From assembly GCF_009914755.1 (NCBI RefSeq), contig NC_060930.1: a stretch of 64,000 nt of DNA, one strand, 5' to 3'. This stretch comes from the human T2T-CHM13v2.0 reference genome, Homo sapiens. Positions 42,681-58,704 of this stretch are shown one piece after another. A program made the translations under genes and the position numbers. A model generated the notes under the pieces. That model had not been told where the DNA came from and ran no database searches. It saw only the letters and a program-made list of their open reading frames with translations. Every line of letters starts with the position of its first letter. Position 1 is the first letter of the stretch.

Positions 42681-43839
42681 ACTCTAACCCTAAACCCAAA
42701 CTGTCAGTATTGTTTATAAATTGGCCATCCAATCTAACTTCTTCCTAGAGATACTATACCAGGCAAAAAAGACCAATTTGAATTTTATCTCCTCTGCCAA
42801 GTAAAAAGAAACCAGAAAAATGCCTAAAGGAGGAAGATCAGTGCATCAAGCAGGCCAGATATAATCCACAACGTAGATTACTGACTTAGGCTAATTGGGA
42901 ATTCAGAAATAGACATCTCTGCCCTGTATAACTACCCCTTCCCTCAAATATTCACTCCCTATCCAGACATCTACCTCTAGGAGTGGCACTGTGGGCAACG
43001 TAGGGAATTCAGAGTGCAACAAATGTCTCTATAGTGTCTCATATTCTGAAAATGCCTTTGCAATCAATTCTATATATTATGCTTCACAAGGACCTAGAGA
43101 GGTATGTTAATATTATCCTTGGATCAGAAAAAGAAGACACCTAGCAATTAAGTGATTTGCCTCACATCATAAAGGGAATTAATGCCGACACCAACATTCA
43201 AAGAGGCCTTCTTTGCATAGCAAGGAGAACTCCTTTATTTCTCCAGTTGTAAATTATCCACATTATGACCAGATTTACCAGTCCTCAAGGCAGATGACCT
43301 TGAGGTACCATTGAGATTCTGAGGGGGCATGTATGGACATCTATACAATTATTGCCAGCTTAGCCACTTCCACATAAGTCACAGCTAGGTATAATTTTCA
43401 GCGGAAAAAAAATGGCATATAGAAAGGAGCCACTGATCTATATATAGTCAGGCAGGTAATACAAAGAAGAGACACAAGGGCAAATCTGTGTTTTGTCTTT
43501 AAGAGTCTGATGTTCTTTCTTGGAGACCAGTGATTCTCAAACACTTTATGTATTTCTTAAGGATGGGAGTTAACTGCATTATAAACAATCTATATATAAG
43601 AAAGCAATTATATGGGGTTATTACCATTATTTACCATTATCTTGACTACCTATTCTCATTTCTCTACTCAAGAATATATAGTGAACAAATAAAGTAAATT
43701 TGAAAGTTTAAAACATGGAAGTAAATATGAGCTCCCACAGGTGGGACAGGCCTCATGACCAAAATGAATTGATAGAAAGGTATATGTCTCAGTCATTAAT
43801 CTCTTCACAAGATGTTTACAGTTCTTCTTTCTGACAGGT

Positions 43840-44180
43840 GGTAGGAGAGTATTTCTCCATCCCCTTTAGAAGACAGGAGTAGAATAGGACTATTCTGACC
43901 AATAAAACATGAGCAGAAATGGCACATGTTACCTCTAGGTGAGAGCTTTAACAGTTGGTGTGAAATGTGGGTCTCTTTCTCTCTGCCACCATGTCTGGTG
44001 TCTGGGAATGCTCCAGATAGTGGCTGTTCTGTTTGTCTGGTCCTGGACTAAGACCAAGAGGAACACAGGAGTACCCAAGCCATGATGGATATGTAGCATG
44101 AGAAAGAGAAAAACATATATTATAAACCACTTAGATTGCAGGGTTGTTTGTAATCAAAGCATAACATGTACTGTCCCTAT
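43840..44180 (+). mobile_element. MLT1I/J-type MaLR LTR
   Basis: TCTGACCAATAAAACATGAGCAGAAATG...TGTAGCATGAG...GGTTGTTTGTAATCAAAGCATAAC. Confidence 0.65.
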
Positions 44181-45001
44181 GAGACAATTCACCTGATTCA
44201 AAAAGAACGAAGGCACTAAAGGAGTAAGAATAGCAAAGCATAAGAAGAGGCACACAGTGAATGGATGCCCACAAACCTAAAGGGAAAAGTAGAATGCAAA
44301 GTGCCTGAGGGACGATAAACAAGACAGTAGAGAAGTTATTTCATAGGGGTGAGTCAGCCAAAGTCTTTCCTTACACAGATGGCAACACTGGCATGGTGGT
44401 TGGACCACCATTGGGAGACTCATCCATTTGATAGATGACAGAACTTTTGTTCTGATAAAATGGCAGAATCTGATAAATTCTTGACTTCCAGAAAATAATG
44501 TGACCTTTCTTTTAAAACCAACAATGTGGTCTTTCAAAAGTTGGGGAGGCAGTGAGGGGAACTGCAAATTGAAATTAAACTGCCTCAATAAGGAAGAACT
44601 GTGTAATGTTAAGGACAACATGAAAAACCTAGGAGATTAAGTAGCAACCAACATAGGGAGAGCACTGCACACAGAATTGCACTCTAGCTTTTAGAGAAGC
44701 GAATATGAAAGATTTAGAGAAGAGATATTTGTGATATCCTAATTATAAATTTTAAAAGGGTTTGGAACTCTGGCAGGATGGGAAGATTTAGCATATTCAA
44801 TTACAATAATGTCACAAATAATCCTGATTAGGAGCCCTCAATCTTTGCTGGATACTACATGCTTCACCAATTCATTCAACAAATGTTTATCGAGTAACTA
44901 CTGGGAGTTAGAAATTATGTCAAAATGTTGGGGTTCAAAGAGGACATCGGTCCTGCCCTCAGGAAATTTACAGTAAAGCAAGAGAGATAAACAATAAAGA
45001 A

Positions 45002-45349
<348 letters not shown>

Positions 45350-48058
45350 TTAGTATTCATTAGTGATTATGACTGTACCTTTACCTGATTTTTTTCCCCT
45401 AACTATAAGCCTCTAGATAGGAGTAAACAGGAGAAACTGAGGTACAGAGAAATGAAGTAATTTAGCCCTACATTTATACAGTAATTGTCCAAACTATGAC
45501 AGAAAGTCAATCTTCTATGATTTCAATGTCTGTATTCTTTCAACCATACTTTGATGCCTTTCATATCTAACTTTGAGATTACATATACTGTTTTTACATT
45601 TTAAAAATGTTTGTGTGTGTGTGTGTAAAATGAACAACAGATTTATCTCACACACAAAAAATACTTCTTTATGTGATTATTTTGGTCATTTTTTTCAGTT
45701 CAATTGGAAAATAGTTATAGAAAATCAGGGGACATTAATGATTTATAGGCTATGATTTGAGAACCTTTCTAGTAAGTCACATGGAAGATATAAAGTTGCT
45801 TTTCAGCAGAGTCTAAAAATACTTAACAGAGAAAAAAAGGATACTCTTAGAGAAAAATAACAAAATCCTCTCTAAAAATACAAGCAGCGATCAAATTGGT
45901 TTTACAAATGTATAGGTGAGGGTAGAAATTTCTTATTTTTAAGAGGATTTTGTTCTTTTTCTTTAGGGCTTGAATTCCACGAATTAAAAAGGGAGGTCTT
46001 ACATATTTCTTTTTTCAGAAGTCCCAGTAATGTACACCTATAATTGGAGGAATTTTGGCATCTGAGAATATAACTCAGCATTTATTATAAGCCAAACAGC
46101 TAAATTGATTTTAGCATTCTGGAAGAATAATTGCACCTTTGGTGCTGAATTGCTTCCCTATGAGCATTGAGCCAAATATTAATGTACATTTGAAAGGAAA
46201 CAAAAAACTTTCAAACTCTAATGTACCTCAGGCTTATAAATCGGAATCCAGTCACTTTAAATTAAGTTGGATTTCTTGAAGCAAAAGTACTCTTATTATT
46301 TTTGTATCACTGTTCTGACCCACAGTTTATACATCACATAACAGTGTTCTAAGCTTTTCAAATACAATAGAAATCTCCACGTGGGAGGTTTCTGTGATAT
46401 TGCTCACTCCACCTAACACAAGCAACCACCACAGTGTCAACTCAACTCCTAGGACGTCCAAAAGACAGGTGATATTTATTCCACTCAGAGTTCTTTCTGT
46501 AATGCAGTGCATCAAGGACAAATTTACTGCCTGTTAATTCTTTTACATATTTTTTGCATTAAAGAAAAATTTAAATTTCTTAATAAGCAAAAAAAGGAAA
46601 AATGTATAATCTAATTACCTAACAAAAAAATTGGTAATATCTTGGTTTGTGACTTTCCAAACCCTTTTCTTTGTAGATAAATAAAATTTTCTTTTTATAA
46701 AAAATACAATACTAGTATTTATTACCTTATTTTTTCACTTAATCACATGTTAAAAGAATATTTACAAATAATTTAACATAGTTGTATAGTATTAGTGCAT
46801 GGCTTCCCATATTTTTAAAAAAACAACCACTGTATTTGAATATTTAAGTTGTCTCCAATATTTTGTTATTATCACATCATTCCTTAGCATATCTGCCATA
46901 AAACAAATTGAATGTTTATTTTTATTTATTTATCTGTATATTTGTTTATTTTTAGCAAAAGTTAAAAATAACATTTTGGAGGTGGGAATACAATTTTGGG
47001 TGATAAGGAGTTAATGAATATTAGATCTTAGTTCTGACAGCGTGTCCTACCTTCTTCCTGCTGGAAGTCCTGTCCCAGGCCCCACCTGGGTGCTAGATGC
47101 CAGGCGCTGCTACCTTCTATGCCCTTGCTTCGCTCCTTGTCGAGACTGGGGCTCTTCCCTGACCCAGTCCAGACATCACCCCCTGTCCCTGGGGATGAAC
47201 CTGTCTTGCATAATACTTGAAGGGAAGGTCCAGCTGGGATTGTCTGTCACTCTGCTTAGCCAGCCTTGCTAAGCTGACAGTTTCCAGAATGTGTGATGAG
47301 CCCTTAGAGTCATGCTTTGGTACCTGGAGCCCTCAGGAGCCACTCTGCAGGATACCCATATCATCCTTTGAGGCTGACCTTTGGGGGCTGTGCGTAAACA
47401 TTTCATCATTCACATAAGCATTCATTAATTCACCTATCACACAATTTAGTGAGATCCTACTTTTCAGTAGATTTTGTCTGGGTCTGGAGACACAAGTGTG
47501 AATAACATAAACTCTACCCTCATGGGGTGGGGCTAAGTTTCAGAACTCCCAGGGAATTCTGAGCCAAGAGAGAAGGTATTTATGGCATCCAGTTAGAAAA
47601 TCTCTGGAATTCTAAATTTTCAACAGGGTGGTAGATTACATTTAGTTTGGAACAATTGTGGCATTAGGTATTTTTATTTCAATGATTTTCCCTCTTACAT
47701 TCATAGCAATCCTTGTTAATTCAAGATTGGAAGAGAATAATTCACCTAGGATGTGAAACCTACCCTTCTGTTAACATATGTTACAAATACACTGCAGTGT
47801 GAAGAACCAACTATGCCTCCACCACGTCCACCTTCCCTACCTTGGAGGAGTGTGTGTGTTATAGGTAAAGTGTGAGGACAGAAGCAAGGAACACAGGGAT
47901 GACTTGTAGGTCATAACATTATTGTTTTAAACAAGATTGTAACATTTGATACTCTGAACTTCCAATCTGCAGTGATATTTATTGTTGGATACTGAATCAT
48001 TAAGCCAGTGAAAACTTTTCTCTTATTTCAATGTCAAGTGTATATACAGATAGTTTTT

Positions 48059-48365
48059 GTTTGTTTGTTTGTTTGTTTGTTTGAGACGGAGTTTCACTCT
48101 TGTTGCCTAGGCTGGAGTGCAATGGTGCAATCTCAGCTCACCGCAAACTCCACCTCCTGGGTTCAAGCGATTCTCCTGCCTCAGCCTTTCCGAGTAGCTG
48201 GGATTACAGGCATGCGCCACCGCACCGGGCTAATTTTGTATTTTTAGTAGAGACGGGGTTTCTCCATGTTGGTCAGGCTGGTCTAAAACTCCCAACCTCA
48301 GGTGATCTGCCCACCTTGACCTCCCAAAGTGCTGGGATTACAGGCGTGAGCCATCGCGCCCAGCC
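48059..48365 (-). mobile_element. AluSp-like element with (TTTG)n tail
   Basis: Sp diagnostics; TSD ATACAGAT(A/T)GTTTTT at 48044-48058 and 48366-48380. Confidence 0.93.
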
Positions 48366-51300
48366 ATACAGATTGTTTTTACACTGCCCAGGCTCAACAC
48401 TCAAAGTTGGAAGAGACCTCAAATATCTTCTAGCCCAAGACATTCATTGTAGAAATGAGAAAACTAAGCCAACACTAAATCGCTTGAGGTTTTCCCACTT
48501 CAGAATTTGAATGTCCAAAAGCAATTAAGAGATGTCTGACTAAAAACTGAACAAAGTATATACCCAAGAGGATAATTCTTTAAAAAGTATCAAGAAAATG
48601 AAAATAAAAATGAATAATTGTCCAATTAAATAAAATCCCAACTTTTAAGCCACACATTCAAGGTCCATTTTTTGTCTTTCCTAACATAAGGTCTCCTTTC
48701 CAATCAAGTCACTTTTTGAATGCAAGCATATAGATCCACAATCCCATTCAGCATGCTAATCCATGACTTGACCTGCTTCATGCCTAGTTCAGAAATTCAG
48801 CCTGCCTTCCAGACAAGTGGGTCCTATAGCTATGAATCTTTGGCTAACATGTACTCTGTATGGAACACATACTCACTTGCAAGTATAAATGTTACTTTGG
48901 AAATTTAATAATTCTTTGCATATGTTGGGGTATTTGGTAACTCCAAGATAATTTTTTTTTCTTCCAAGATTTTACAACCCTGTGAACTTCTCAGGATGTA
49001 CTACGGAGGAGAATTCACTGTTGCTCCATGTATTTCTTTTTTCAAGAATTATATAAGGATACCAGCTCTTTCACTGATCTTTACCATGATCATTATCACA
49101 TCCACTTTCTAAGGCTGAGGTCAAAGCTGGCAGTGCCCTTAACATCTCCCTTCCACCAAGAGGTATCTTGCCATAAAGATCTTCCTCCCGTGGTTTCAAG
49201 TTGCCTCTGGAATGCTTCTGAACTCCCTAGCTTTGATTTTTCCCATTGCAGTCCCTGCCTTTCTGTCCAGCTCTTGCTGTGACTGACAACCACCATGGAC
49301 CTGATACCTTAGACCCCTGTTCTTCCTGATGTTGCACTAAATGACTGGGCTGACAACCCCATACAATCCCAGCTCCTGAGTCCCAACCCAGGTCAGACCT
49401 GCCCTGGACCTCAGAGGGAATATGGAACCCTGGAATGCAGGGTGTGCCAAGGATGCATTTTGGCCAGACTGAAACTCCCAAGGCAGCTTATCAATTTCTT
49501 TCATTTCTCTCAGTCTATAGCTTCTTATTCTACAGGGGCTTCAACTAACCACACCCATTCCCTGGCGCCCAACCACATATGTGACTAAAATAATACGTGA
49601 GGTTTTTGTGTTTTGTTTTTATTTTTGCCTATATCAAACAGACATTTAGGTGAATACATTTTGGAAATATCCTAGTTTATATTAATACTTTTCCATTACT
49701 ATGGTTCAGTTTTTTGGTAAGCAGCTCTGTCCAGGATTAGCTCTTTTTTTTTTTTTTTAATCAAATGGGACCAGCTAATGAAAATAAACCTTGATAACCA
49801 GAGGAAAAAAAATACACAAAGGATTTAACATTATTATCCTGCTTTCTTGGTCCATGAGACAAAGTAACTGAAATCTCTCTTTTAGATCGTATTATTAACA
49901 ATCAGCTATCGATTTTCAGGTTTACATTGTTTTGGGTCATTTGTTATATTTCTCTCCAGAAAACTGCTTGATGGTAATAAAGAAAATATTCTATAAAATG
50001 AGCAGTAAGATGCAATGTTTCAAAGCTTGATCCATGGGGTGAGTCTAGTTGTGTGGCATAAGCAATTTGCCTAGGTGGCTACTTTTGCTGGAAATCTCTT
50101 AAGAAAAGCAGCCAGGATATAAGTTTATATATCTTGGGTTGTCATTAAACTCAGTCTGGGGAAAGCAAATAAAATATCATTGATTTTTTCTCTGGAAGAT
50201 GTGATTTTCCACTGAAATATGTAAAATAAAATATGTTCAATAAATTAAATGATTTTTTTTAAATACAAAACACTTCTGAAGTAGAAATATTTTTAGAAAG
50301 AATTACAATTTGAGCTTTCTAGCATCACATATCAAGAGCAATCTAACATATGCCTTTCAATTAGGAAAAGCATATACAACTTAAAAACTTTTATGTTTTT
50401 CAGTAGAAATTTCCTTACCAAGGCTTAAAATTCAAAAGGTACATAGTAAAGGTCACTTAAAAATGTTTGAATATTCTGAGAAAATTATTTGCAAAATGTA
50501 GGGCAATATATCAAAAATAGTTGTAAATATATAAAACTATTTTGGTTCAGCAAAAGAGTCATTGAATTCTAGTAAACTAGTTTTCTAAATTTTTATCTTT
50601 TTTATGAAGGTTCTTAAATATTCAGAAGGATCAAAAGGCACTCTATTTCCGGCATCATCTACATCAAAAGCAATTCTTAAGAAATTGGTAGTTAGGTAGA
50701 GTTTTACTCCTATAATGGAGCCTTATATCACATATTCCTATTTAAGGCACTAAGACAACAAACAGCATAACTGGGACCCTGAGTTGAACTCCACCTGATT
50801 AATAGATACCCACTGTGCAGGGAGAGTACTTAGTTGATGCAAAGCTGAAATCATCGCACAGTGTCTCAAATATATCAACTTGATGATTACCTGACTAGCC
50901 TTTCCTGCTGACTTCTTGTCAACACGTGATAGCCCATTTGGCATTGTTTGACTCTGCTCTAAAATGCAGAAATAGGCAAATTATCCAGGCTCTCTTTTGA
51001 AGTGAAATACATGCAGCATGGAAGCTGACAGGCAGTATTACAGGGAACTAGGAAACAAAACCCTCAGAGACCGCTCAGAAAAATACCTATAGGAGGCCAT
51101 TGAGACAACAAAGCTCTTGAGGTAAAATTCTATCTAAGAAGCTTTAATCAAAGAGCAGCGTGAATCTTATATTCTTGTTCTTTCTTCACCACGATTAATA
51201 TCATCAGTTCCTTAGGGCGCTCAGTAAGAAACAACATTTCAAAAATACTCCCTGGATAGACCAAGAAAAAAGTGCCAAATACACATTCTACGCAAGCAAA

Positions 51301-52232
51301 GAATTCATTGTAGAGGGAGATGTTTTTAAAAAGAGTGAAAATAAAAAAACAGAGAGGACTTTATAACTTTTTTTTATAGCTAGTCATTCATAAATAGTAA
51401 TTCAAGCCAGCTCCAGACACACTTATACACGAAGTCCAACTTGACTCCTTTTCCCAGCCATTTGCCTCAAGGTGTCCCAACCTTTCATCTCCCCTGTTCA
51501 GCATCTTATTGGAAAAAAGTCTGGTAAGAGGTGGTATGAAAAGCACTATCTATACACATATGCAGATTTGAGATTAAGAAACAGGATCCTCCAGCTATGT
51601 GCAGTGTAATTTTGAAGAAATTACTTAAGCATTCTTGGGACTGTTTATTCATTTGTTACATGGGGATAATAATGCTGACCTCAAAAGATTATTTTGAGAA
51701 TGAAGTGAGGTATCTAATGTATGTAAGAGCAGGTTCAATAAGTGGCTGTTGTTTTTATTGCTATAAACTGATTCCCCCTGGGTGAATTTGCTGTCACTGC
51801 AACTCATCTGTAGAGTATTTCCATTTTAAAGGGGTTTCTAGAGGATTGGAGAACTCTCAGGACCAAAAGATGTCAATTTACTTCAGGCATTTCAGGCACC
51901 CTGCTGGGCTGGTGGGTGAGTTAATTTCTGTCATGGGAGCCATCCTTGTACCTTTCAAACAGATGCACAGGAAGCCATGAGCAGTGAAACTGGATCAGAA
52001 GAATTAGGTTCAAATGATGGTTTTACCACTTGCCAACTGTGCGACCCTTAAGCACATTACTACTTAATCCTTCATGGTCTAGGCTTTCTCATAGGTAAGG
52101 TGGGGATAATGATATATAAGAGGTCATTATAAGATGTTGATAAGAGGGTTATATGACACAAAGCATAAAATGACATCTTTTAGTCCTGCGAGTTCTCCAA
52201 TCCTCTAGAAACCTCTTTAAAATAGAAATACC

Positions 52233-52358
52233 CTCATGCCTGTAACCCCAGCATTTTGGGAAGCCGAGGTGGGCTGATCATTTGAGGTCAGGAGTTCGAG
52301 ACTAGCCTGGCCAACATGGTGAAACCCCATCTCTATTAAAAACAAAAACAAAAAACAA
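52233..52358 (+). mobile_element. Alu left monomer only (AluS-type sequence)
   Basis: CTCATGCCTGTAACCCCAGC...GGTGAAACCCCATCTCTA followed by (AAAAAC)n. Confidence 0.85.
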
Positions 52359-52789
52359 ATTCCTCCGTTATTGGAAGAAAATTCTACTTAATTACCAATT
52401 TCTTAGGAATTGCCTTTGATGTAGATGATGCTGGAAATAGGCATGAAAATGAGTACTTGAGTACTGTCAATGGTCAGTGCTATACAACTGTAAGTTATTA
52501 CCATGATCCATTCCTTGCCCTTGTCATGGAACATGCCTCAAGAGTGATACAAATTTCTTACCACTGAGAAACAAATAGTAACCTAACTGGTCAAGAATCA
52601 ACCAGAGAAGGAAAGAATACACACATATTTAACCCAAAACAATTTTGATTCCAAGTTTGGGCATTTCAGCATTCATATGGCTAGCAGAGTTTGAGAACTA
52701 TCAAAATTACCTGGGCAAATAACCACAGATACAAGCCATAAAAGGGGTGAATCTTAAAGCACTATGCCTACTGAAAGAAGCCAGGCATA

Positions 52790-52952
52790 CAAGTGTCCAT
52801 CAAGAGATGAATTAATCAACAAAATGTAATCTATACATACAAATGAAATATTCACTCAGCCTTAAAAAAGAAGGAAATTCTGACACATGCTACAACATGG
52901 ATGAATCTTGAATACATTATGCTAAGTGAAATCATTCAGTCAAAAAGGACAA
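52790..52952 (+). mobile_element. L1M 3' fragment
   Basis: CAGCCTTAAAAAGAAGGAAATTCTGACACATGCTACAACATGGATGAATCTTG. Confidence 0.8.
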
Positions 52953-52987
<35 letters not shown>

Positions 52988-53080
52988 CTTATATATATAG
53001 AGAGAGAGACATATGTATAGAGAAACTTATTCATATATATGGAGAAATTTATATATATATAAAATAAATATATATGTGTG
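52953..53080. repeat. Compound (TA)n/(GA)n low-complexity repeat
   Basis: Read directly from the sequence. Confidence 0.85.
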
Positions 53081-53139
53081 CATATTTATAGCCTGCTTCC
53101 TCTAATACAACCATACAGCTGCCTGAAAAAGGAAAAAGT

Positions 53140-53294
53140 AAAAGACAATCACTTGAGATTCTCTATGAAAACGTGGATTTTCAGACTATACCCTGAACTC
53201 ACTAAATCAGCATCTCTTGAACAAAGACCTGAGCCTCTATAGTTTTAAAGAACTCCTCCAGATAATTCTGATATACACCTCTGGTTAACCACTG
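53140..53294. mobile_element. MER5A-like hAT-Charlie MITE (similar copy at about 59672-59830)
   Basis: ACTAAATCAGCATCTCT...TTTTAAAGAACTCCTCCAGATAATTCTGAT...AACCACTG. Confidence 0.65.
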
Positions 53295-54267
53295 AAAAGT
53301 TTCTGTGATCACATCTGAATCTACTTAAATAACTGACATTTTAAGAATTTTTAACTTTCAATTTTGTATGCTGCGTTTTTGTTCCATGTTCTGATTATTT
53401 TATGTAAATACAATTACTTTGTGTAAATAATAACCTTTTTTAAAGGTGGCAAAATTGCACCAAAAAAAAGTGAGGCAGAGGAACATAGTGCAGCCATGTA
53501 AATATTTAGAACTTCGGTCATTATTTATGTAACTAATGTTGATTGCCTGTCTACATGTCAGGCACTTTTCCAAGGCCTGGGGATATACGCAGGGATGAGC
53601 AAGCCAAAGTTCCTGCCTTCACGAATCTTACACACTAGTAGAAACGATCTCAGAGAAAAATTAATGATGTGTAAGCAGGTTTTCATTAAAAAATAAACAC
53701 TACTCAATAGGCACACATTAGTCTAAGAGATTTAAAAAAGTAAAACAAATCAAAACAAAATAAACCTGTAGATTTTACAACTTGTATTTTCATCTTGTAA
53801 TTTAATTGAGAGTACTGAACCAGCTTAGGAGCATGCCAAGTGATTAAGACAACTGCTGAGAGTAAAAGGTACAGAAAAAGAGAGTAAGCAATGAGCTCCA
53901 GTCCAGTGTGAATGTCAATGAATAAATCTGGTTCCTTATAGCTCTCAGTGTTGCTCTTTGAACCCTTAGTTGTTAAAAATATTAGGTAGACACACATATT
54001 TTGCAGTGAAGAAAAACTGCTGCTAAGGCTTGTCATTGTAGAAAAAGCTGCTGATAAATTCTCTTCATCTTTCTGTAATGCACAAGTCAAACTCCAGGAA
54101 AAGAAAAAGCCAAGTTTCTGGATTGTTTATTTGTCCATTTATCATACATTTATTAAACAGAGACTGTAATAGTATCTACCTCATAGATGTTGTGAGTGAG
54201 AAGTGAGAATATAAATCCTTTAGCACAATGCTTGGTACATAATGAGCTCTTAGTAAATGTTAATTAA

Positions 54268-54667
<400 letters not shown>

Positions 54668-55212
54668 AAGAATCTTAATATAACATCTAGCAGAGGGTGG
54701 GATGCCAAACAAATGAAGCATTATGCTTGCTATTGTTAGGAGAGCTCAGTAACATCACCGAAAATTCTCTGGGGTGGAGAGAAGAGAGAAAGGAAGGTTA
54801 GGTGAGCTATTAAGTAGAAGGTTTTGCTAGTATTTTTTATGTAATTGCAATCGTGCAAAGATACCTTCAGAGAAAATGTTTTCTGCCACCTTTGTGAAAA
54901 GTAGTATGATAATGTTGACTTCAAAGATTTTGTATAAAACTCAAACATATAGGATAATTCTTACAGATATTAAAGGTTCATATTATTAGATTTGATGTTT
55001 AGATCTGTGATAAAGCTGGTTTTAAAGAATGTGATATTTTGGGATAAAGAGGAGAGTCAGACAAGTTTCAGCTGTAAACAATATTAGAAATCACGTAGTC
55101 TACACCTTCATCTAGGTAAGAAAATTGAGGCGCACATGGGGTAAATGAAAATACAAACAAAGGTTCCATCTCAATGAAACGAAGTATATAGATAACAAGC
55201 CACATCTATTGG

Positions 55213-55416
55213 TTCTGTGTTGTCCAGTATGGTAGCCACTAGCCATATTTGGCTATTTAAATTTAAAGTAATCACAATTAAATAAGAATTTTAAAATTAA
55301 TTCCGTGGTTAAACTAACAACCTTCAACTGTTCAATGTGACCAGCACCTCCCTTATCAAGCACCACATATATAGCACATTTTCATCATCCTAAAACATTC
55401 TATTGAGTTGCACTGT
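55213..55416. mobile_element. MER3-like hAT-Charlie MITE
   Basis: TGTCCAGTATGGTAGCCACTAGCCATATTTGGCTATTTAAATTTAAA...CATTTTCATCATC..AAAACATTCTATTG. Confidence 0.75.
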
Positions 55417-55484
55417 GTTAGTTTTACACAATGAGAGAGAAAAGTAACTTTCAGTCACTACTGAAAGCATTTCACAATGAATAA

Positions 55485-56170
<686 letters not shown>

Positions 56171-58704
56171 AGAAAAATCTAACTTTGCACTCAAATGTTT
56201 CACATTAAAAGTCAGGCAAGCATCATCACTGAATGCCTAACTTTGCAGATGCATCAAAGTTGCATGAGTAATTTTTGGAAATGGAGGTGGAACCATTTTA
56301 ATGTTCCAATTGTCATACATTTCAGGAGCAATCTAATGCAAATATCTACTACAGATTATCAAAAGGAAAAAAAAAGGAGGTAAGTGAAATTTAAGTAGAT
56401 CATATTTCAGGAGAGAATTCATAAAGTAGAATACAAGGGAGGAAATGTGGGTTTTATTGCTTTCTTAAAATGTTATAAAAGTAAACTTTTAAAAAGTGAC
56501 TTTTCCTATAAATTTAGGAAGTAAAAAACTGCAAAGTATTTCCTCCTTTTGACAATAGTTTTTCACAGTGTAAAAATACATAGAATATTAGATCTTAAAA
56601 GATGTCTTGTAAAAGAATATGCCATATAGAGAAAAAAGTGTCCTTAAACTTCTTAGGGAACATGGTGTTATATCATGATTAAAAAGTTGGAGAAGGGGGA
56701 CAATTTGAAATTTAAAAAAATTTCTTAAAATACTTCTTTCAGGAAACTGAATTTTGAAACTATCTATTGTAGACTTTGCTCTTGGGCCTAAGAAGTCAGA
56801 GACCTACTTGGTATCTTTATCTGATTACGTTTCTTTTTATGTAAAAATAAAAAATCCACAAATTTTACTTCTGTGAAATCATTATTTACTATTGTTTCTG
56901 TACCTCTCTGTCTGATTAGTAACATTCATTATCAGTGGTCACAATAAGCCTTGCTTGTAACCATGTGGGCGTTTAATATTCCAATGTGCCCTTTCACTGG
57001 TGCCAAGGGAGTGATTGTGGTATATGCTTCCATTTGGAAATTCCTCTCTCATTATCATTTAATATGTTTTTCCTTCAATTTAATTTTTCAATATTTTACC
57101 TTATAAATCTTTTGAATTGTTATCTTATTTGCACCCTAAATTTTAATTTGTTTTTTGCATATTAATGATTCCCTTTTTCAATATTCTCATAGCTTATATC
57201 ATAGTTGAGAGGTTCTCAAACACAAACTGGTGCCAAAAGTGACAAAATGAGAAAGATAAGTATTGTGCAATGATCATATCTGTGCATGGTATGGTATAGA
57301 CAGCTGATTTGTAATCAGTACACTTGCATGATTTTATGAATTTCCAGTAAAACTTTGCCAAAGGAAACCTTCATTTTATTGCTTGTTCCCACAATAAATT
57401 AGAGCTTATCAGCAAATGCGATTTTGTTTTCAGACAACCAATGCATCAATTTTTGATATAAATTTATGCATAATTTCCTATAAAGTTTGTCATGTCTTAT
57501 CACGCCATATAAATGTTGGGAATGAGTAAAGCTCACCCTCTTGTTTGCATACCATTTGGCTGGCCAAGGTAGTCAGAAAGAGAGCTATTCAAAATTCAGC
57601 CAAATACCAGCAGGGCAGGCATTTTCCAGAAATGTGCTCCTGGTCACAAATAGCATTTTCCGTACTGTTTACCTATAATCTAAGAGCAACAGCAAACAGA
57701 ACAGCGTTATGGCCTGAAGTGATGGAGATTGCCTGGTCCAAGTGAAACAAAGGTTTTGGCCAGATATAAGGGGGGAAAGGGCAGGCTTATAAATAGTTAC
57801 CATCTCTGTGAGTATTGAATAAGGTCTTCACCAAACAACGTGCATGTACCTACTGTGAACGAAGGCTGGGTTTTAGTAGGTCTGAAGGGGAGGCTAACGG
57901 CTGGACCTTGAGGCTCCTGTCCCATTCACCACCAGAAGCCCAGGCTCTTTCAAGCCGGTCTGAATTCAGAGGACTTGAGTTTTGACTTTCTTCCGGGAGA
58001 TTTTCAGGGCTAATGTTAATGTGTCTTACACAACATTTTCATTGTTCTGTCCTCCTTGTTCTCTTATCCGCATTCTATTTTTGTCAACTTGATCCCCAAC
58101 CAACCCTCTGATTTCATCTTTCCCCCACTCCAAACCCTTCCATGGTGCTTGCTGTGAGAAGATCTCATCCTCCTCTTACCCCCTATTTGTCACCTCCCTC
58201 TCCATTTCCTCTAGATCCTGCATCTAGATCTGCCCTTCCTGAATGATGTTCTTGCACAGATCTCATCATTCCCATCTTGTCTTCTGCCCATCAAGGGATG
58301 ACAATGGGCCTGGTTCCTCACTGCCCTGTCCAGTTCTCCGTTTTCCTCCCTCAGAGTCAGCTTCTTTGAACTTCCCAAAGACCTGAGCCTGCCTCCACGA
58401 AGTTCCAGGATTGGAGAGAACCTGAGAGTTTCTCTAGCCCATGACCCCACTGTTCCTCAGAGGACACCAATGGATAGGGAGGTGATGAGAATGGCTGCAG
58501 TAGATAGTCCTTGCTCCTCTGTAGTATCATGTGTTTGTGTGTGCACGTATATACACAGTTGCACTTTAGCTAGATTTGCATAGAGAATCTATACAGTGGT
58601 GGTGTTTTCCTTGTTTAACCCATGGAAATGATGCCAATGGTATAAATTTTAGGCTAAGAGGAGGGGACTAGATGTCTTAATATGCCACTGGGAAAGATAT
58701 TTTA

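Noticed and set aside
48100-48510. Alu-derived ORFs (also 3449, 4872, 16575, 17725, 28832, 33940, 44898, 54385, 55497)
   Set aside because: These are standard translations of Alu sequence, not genes.
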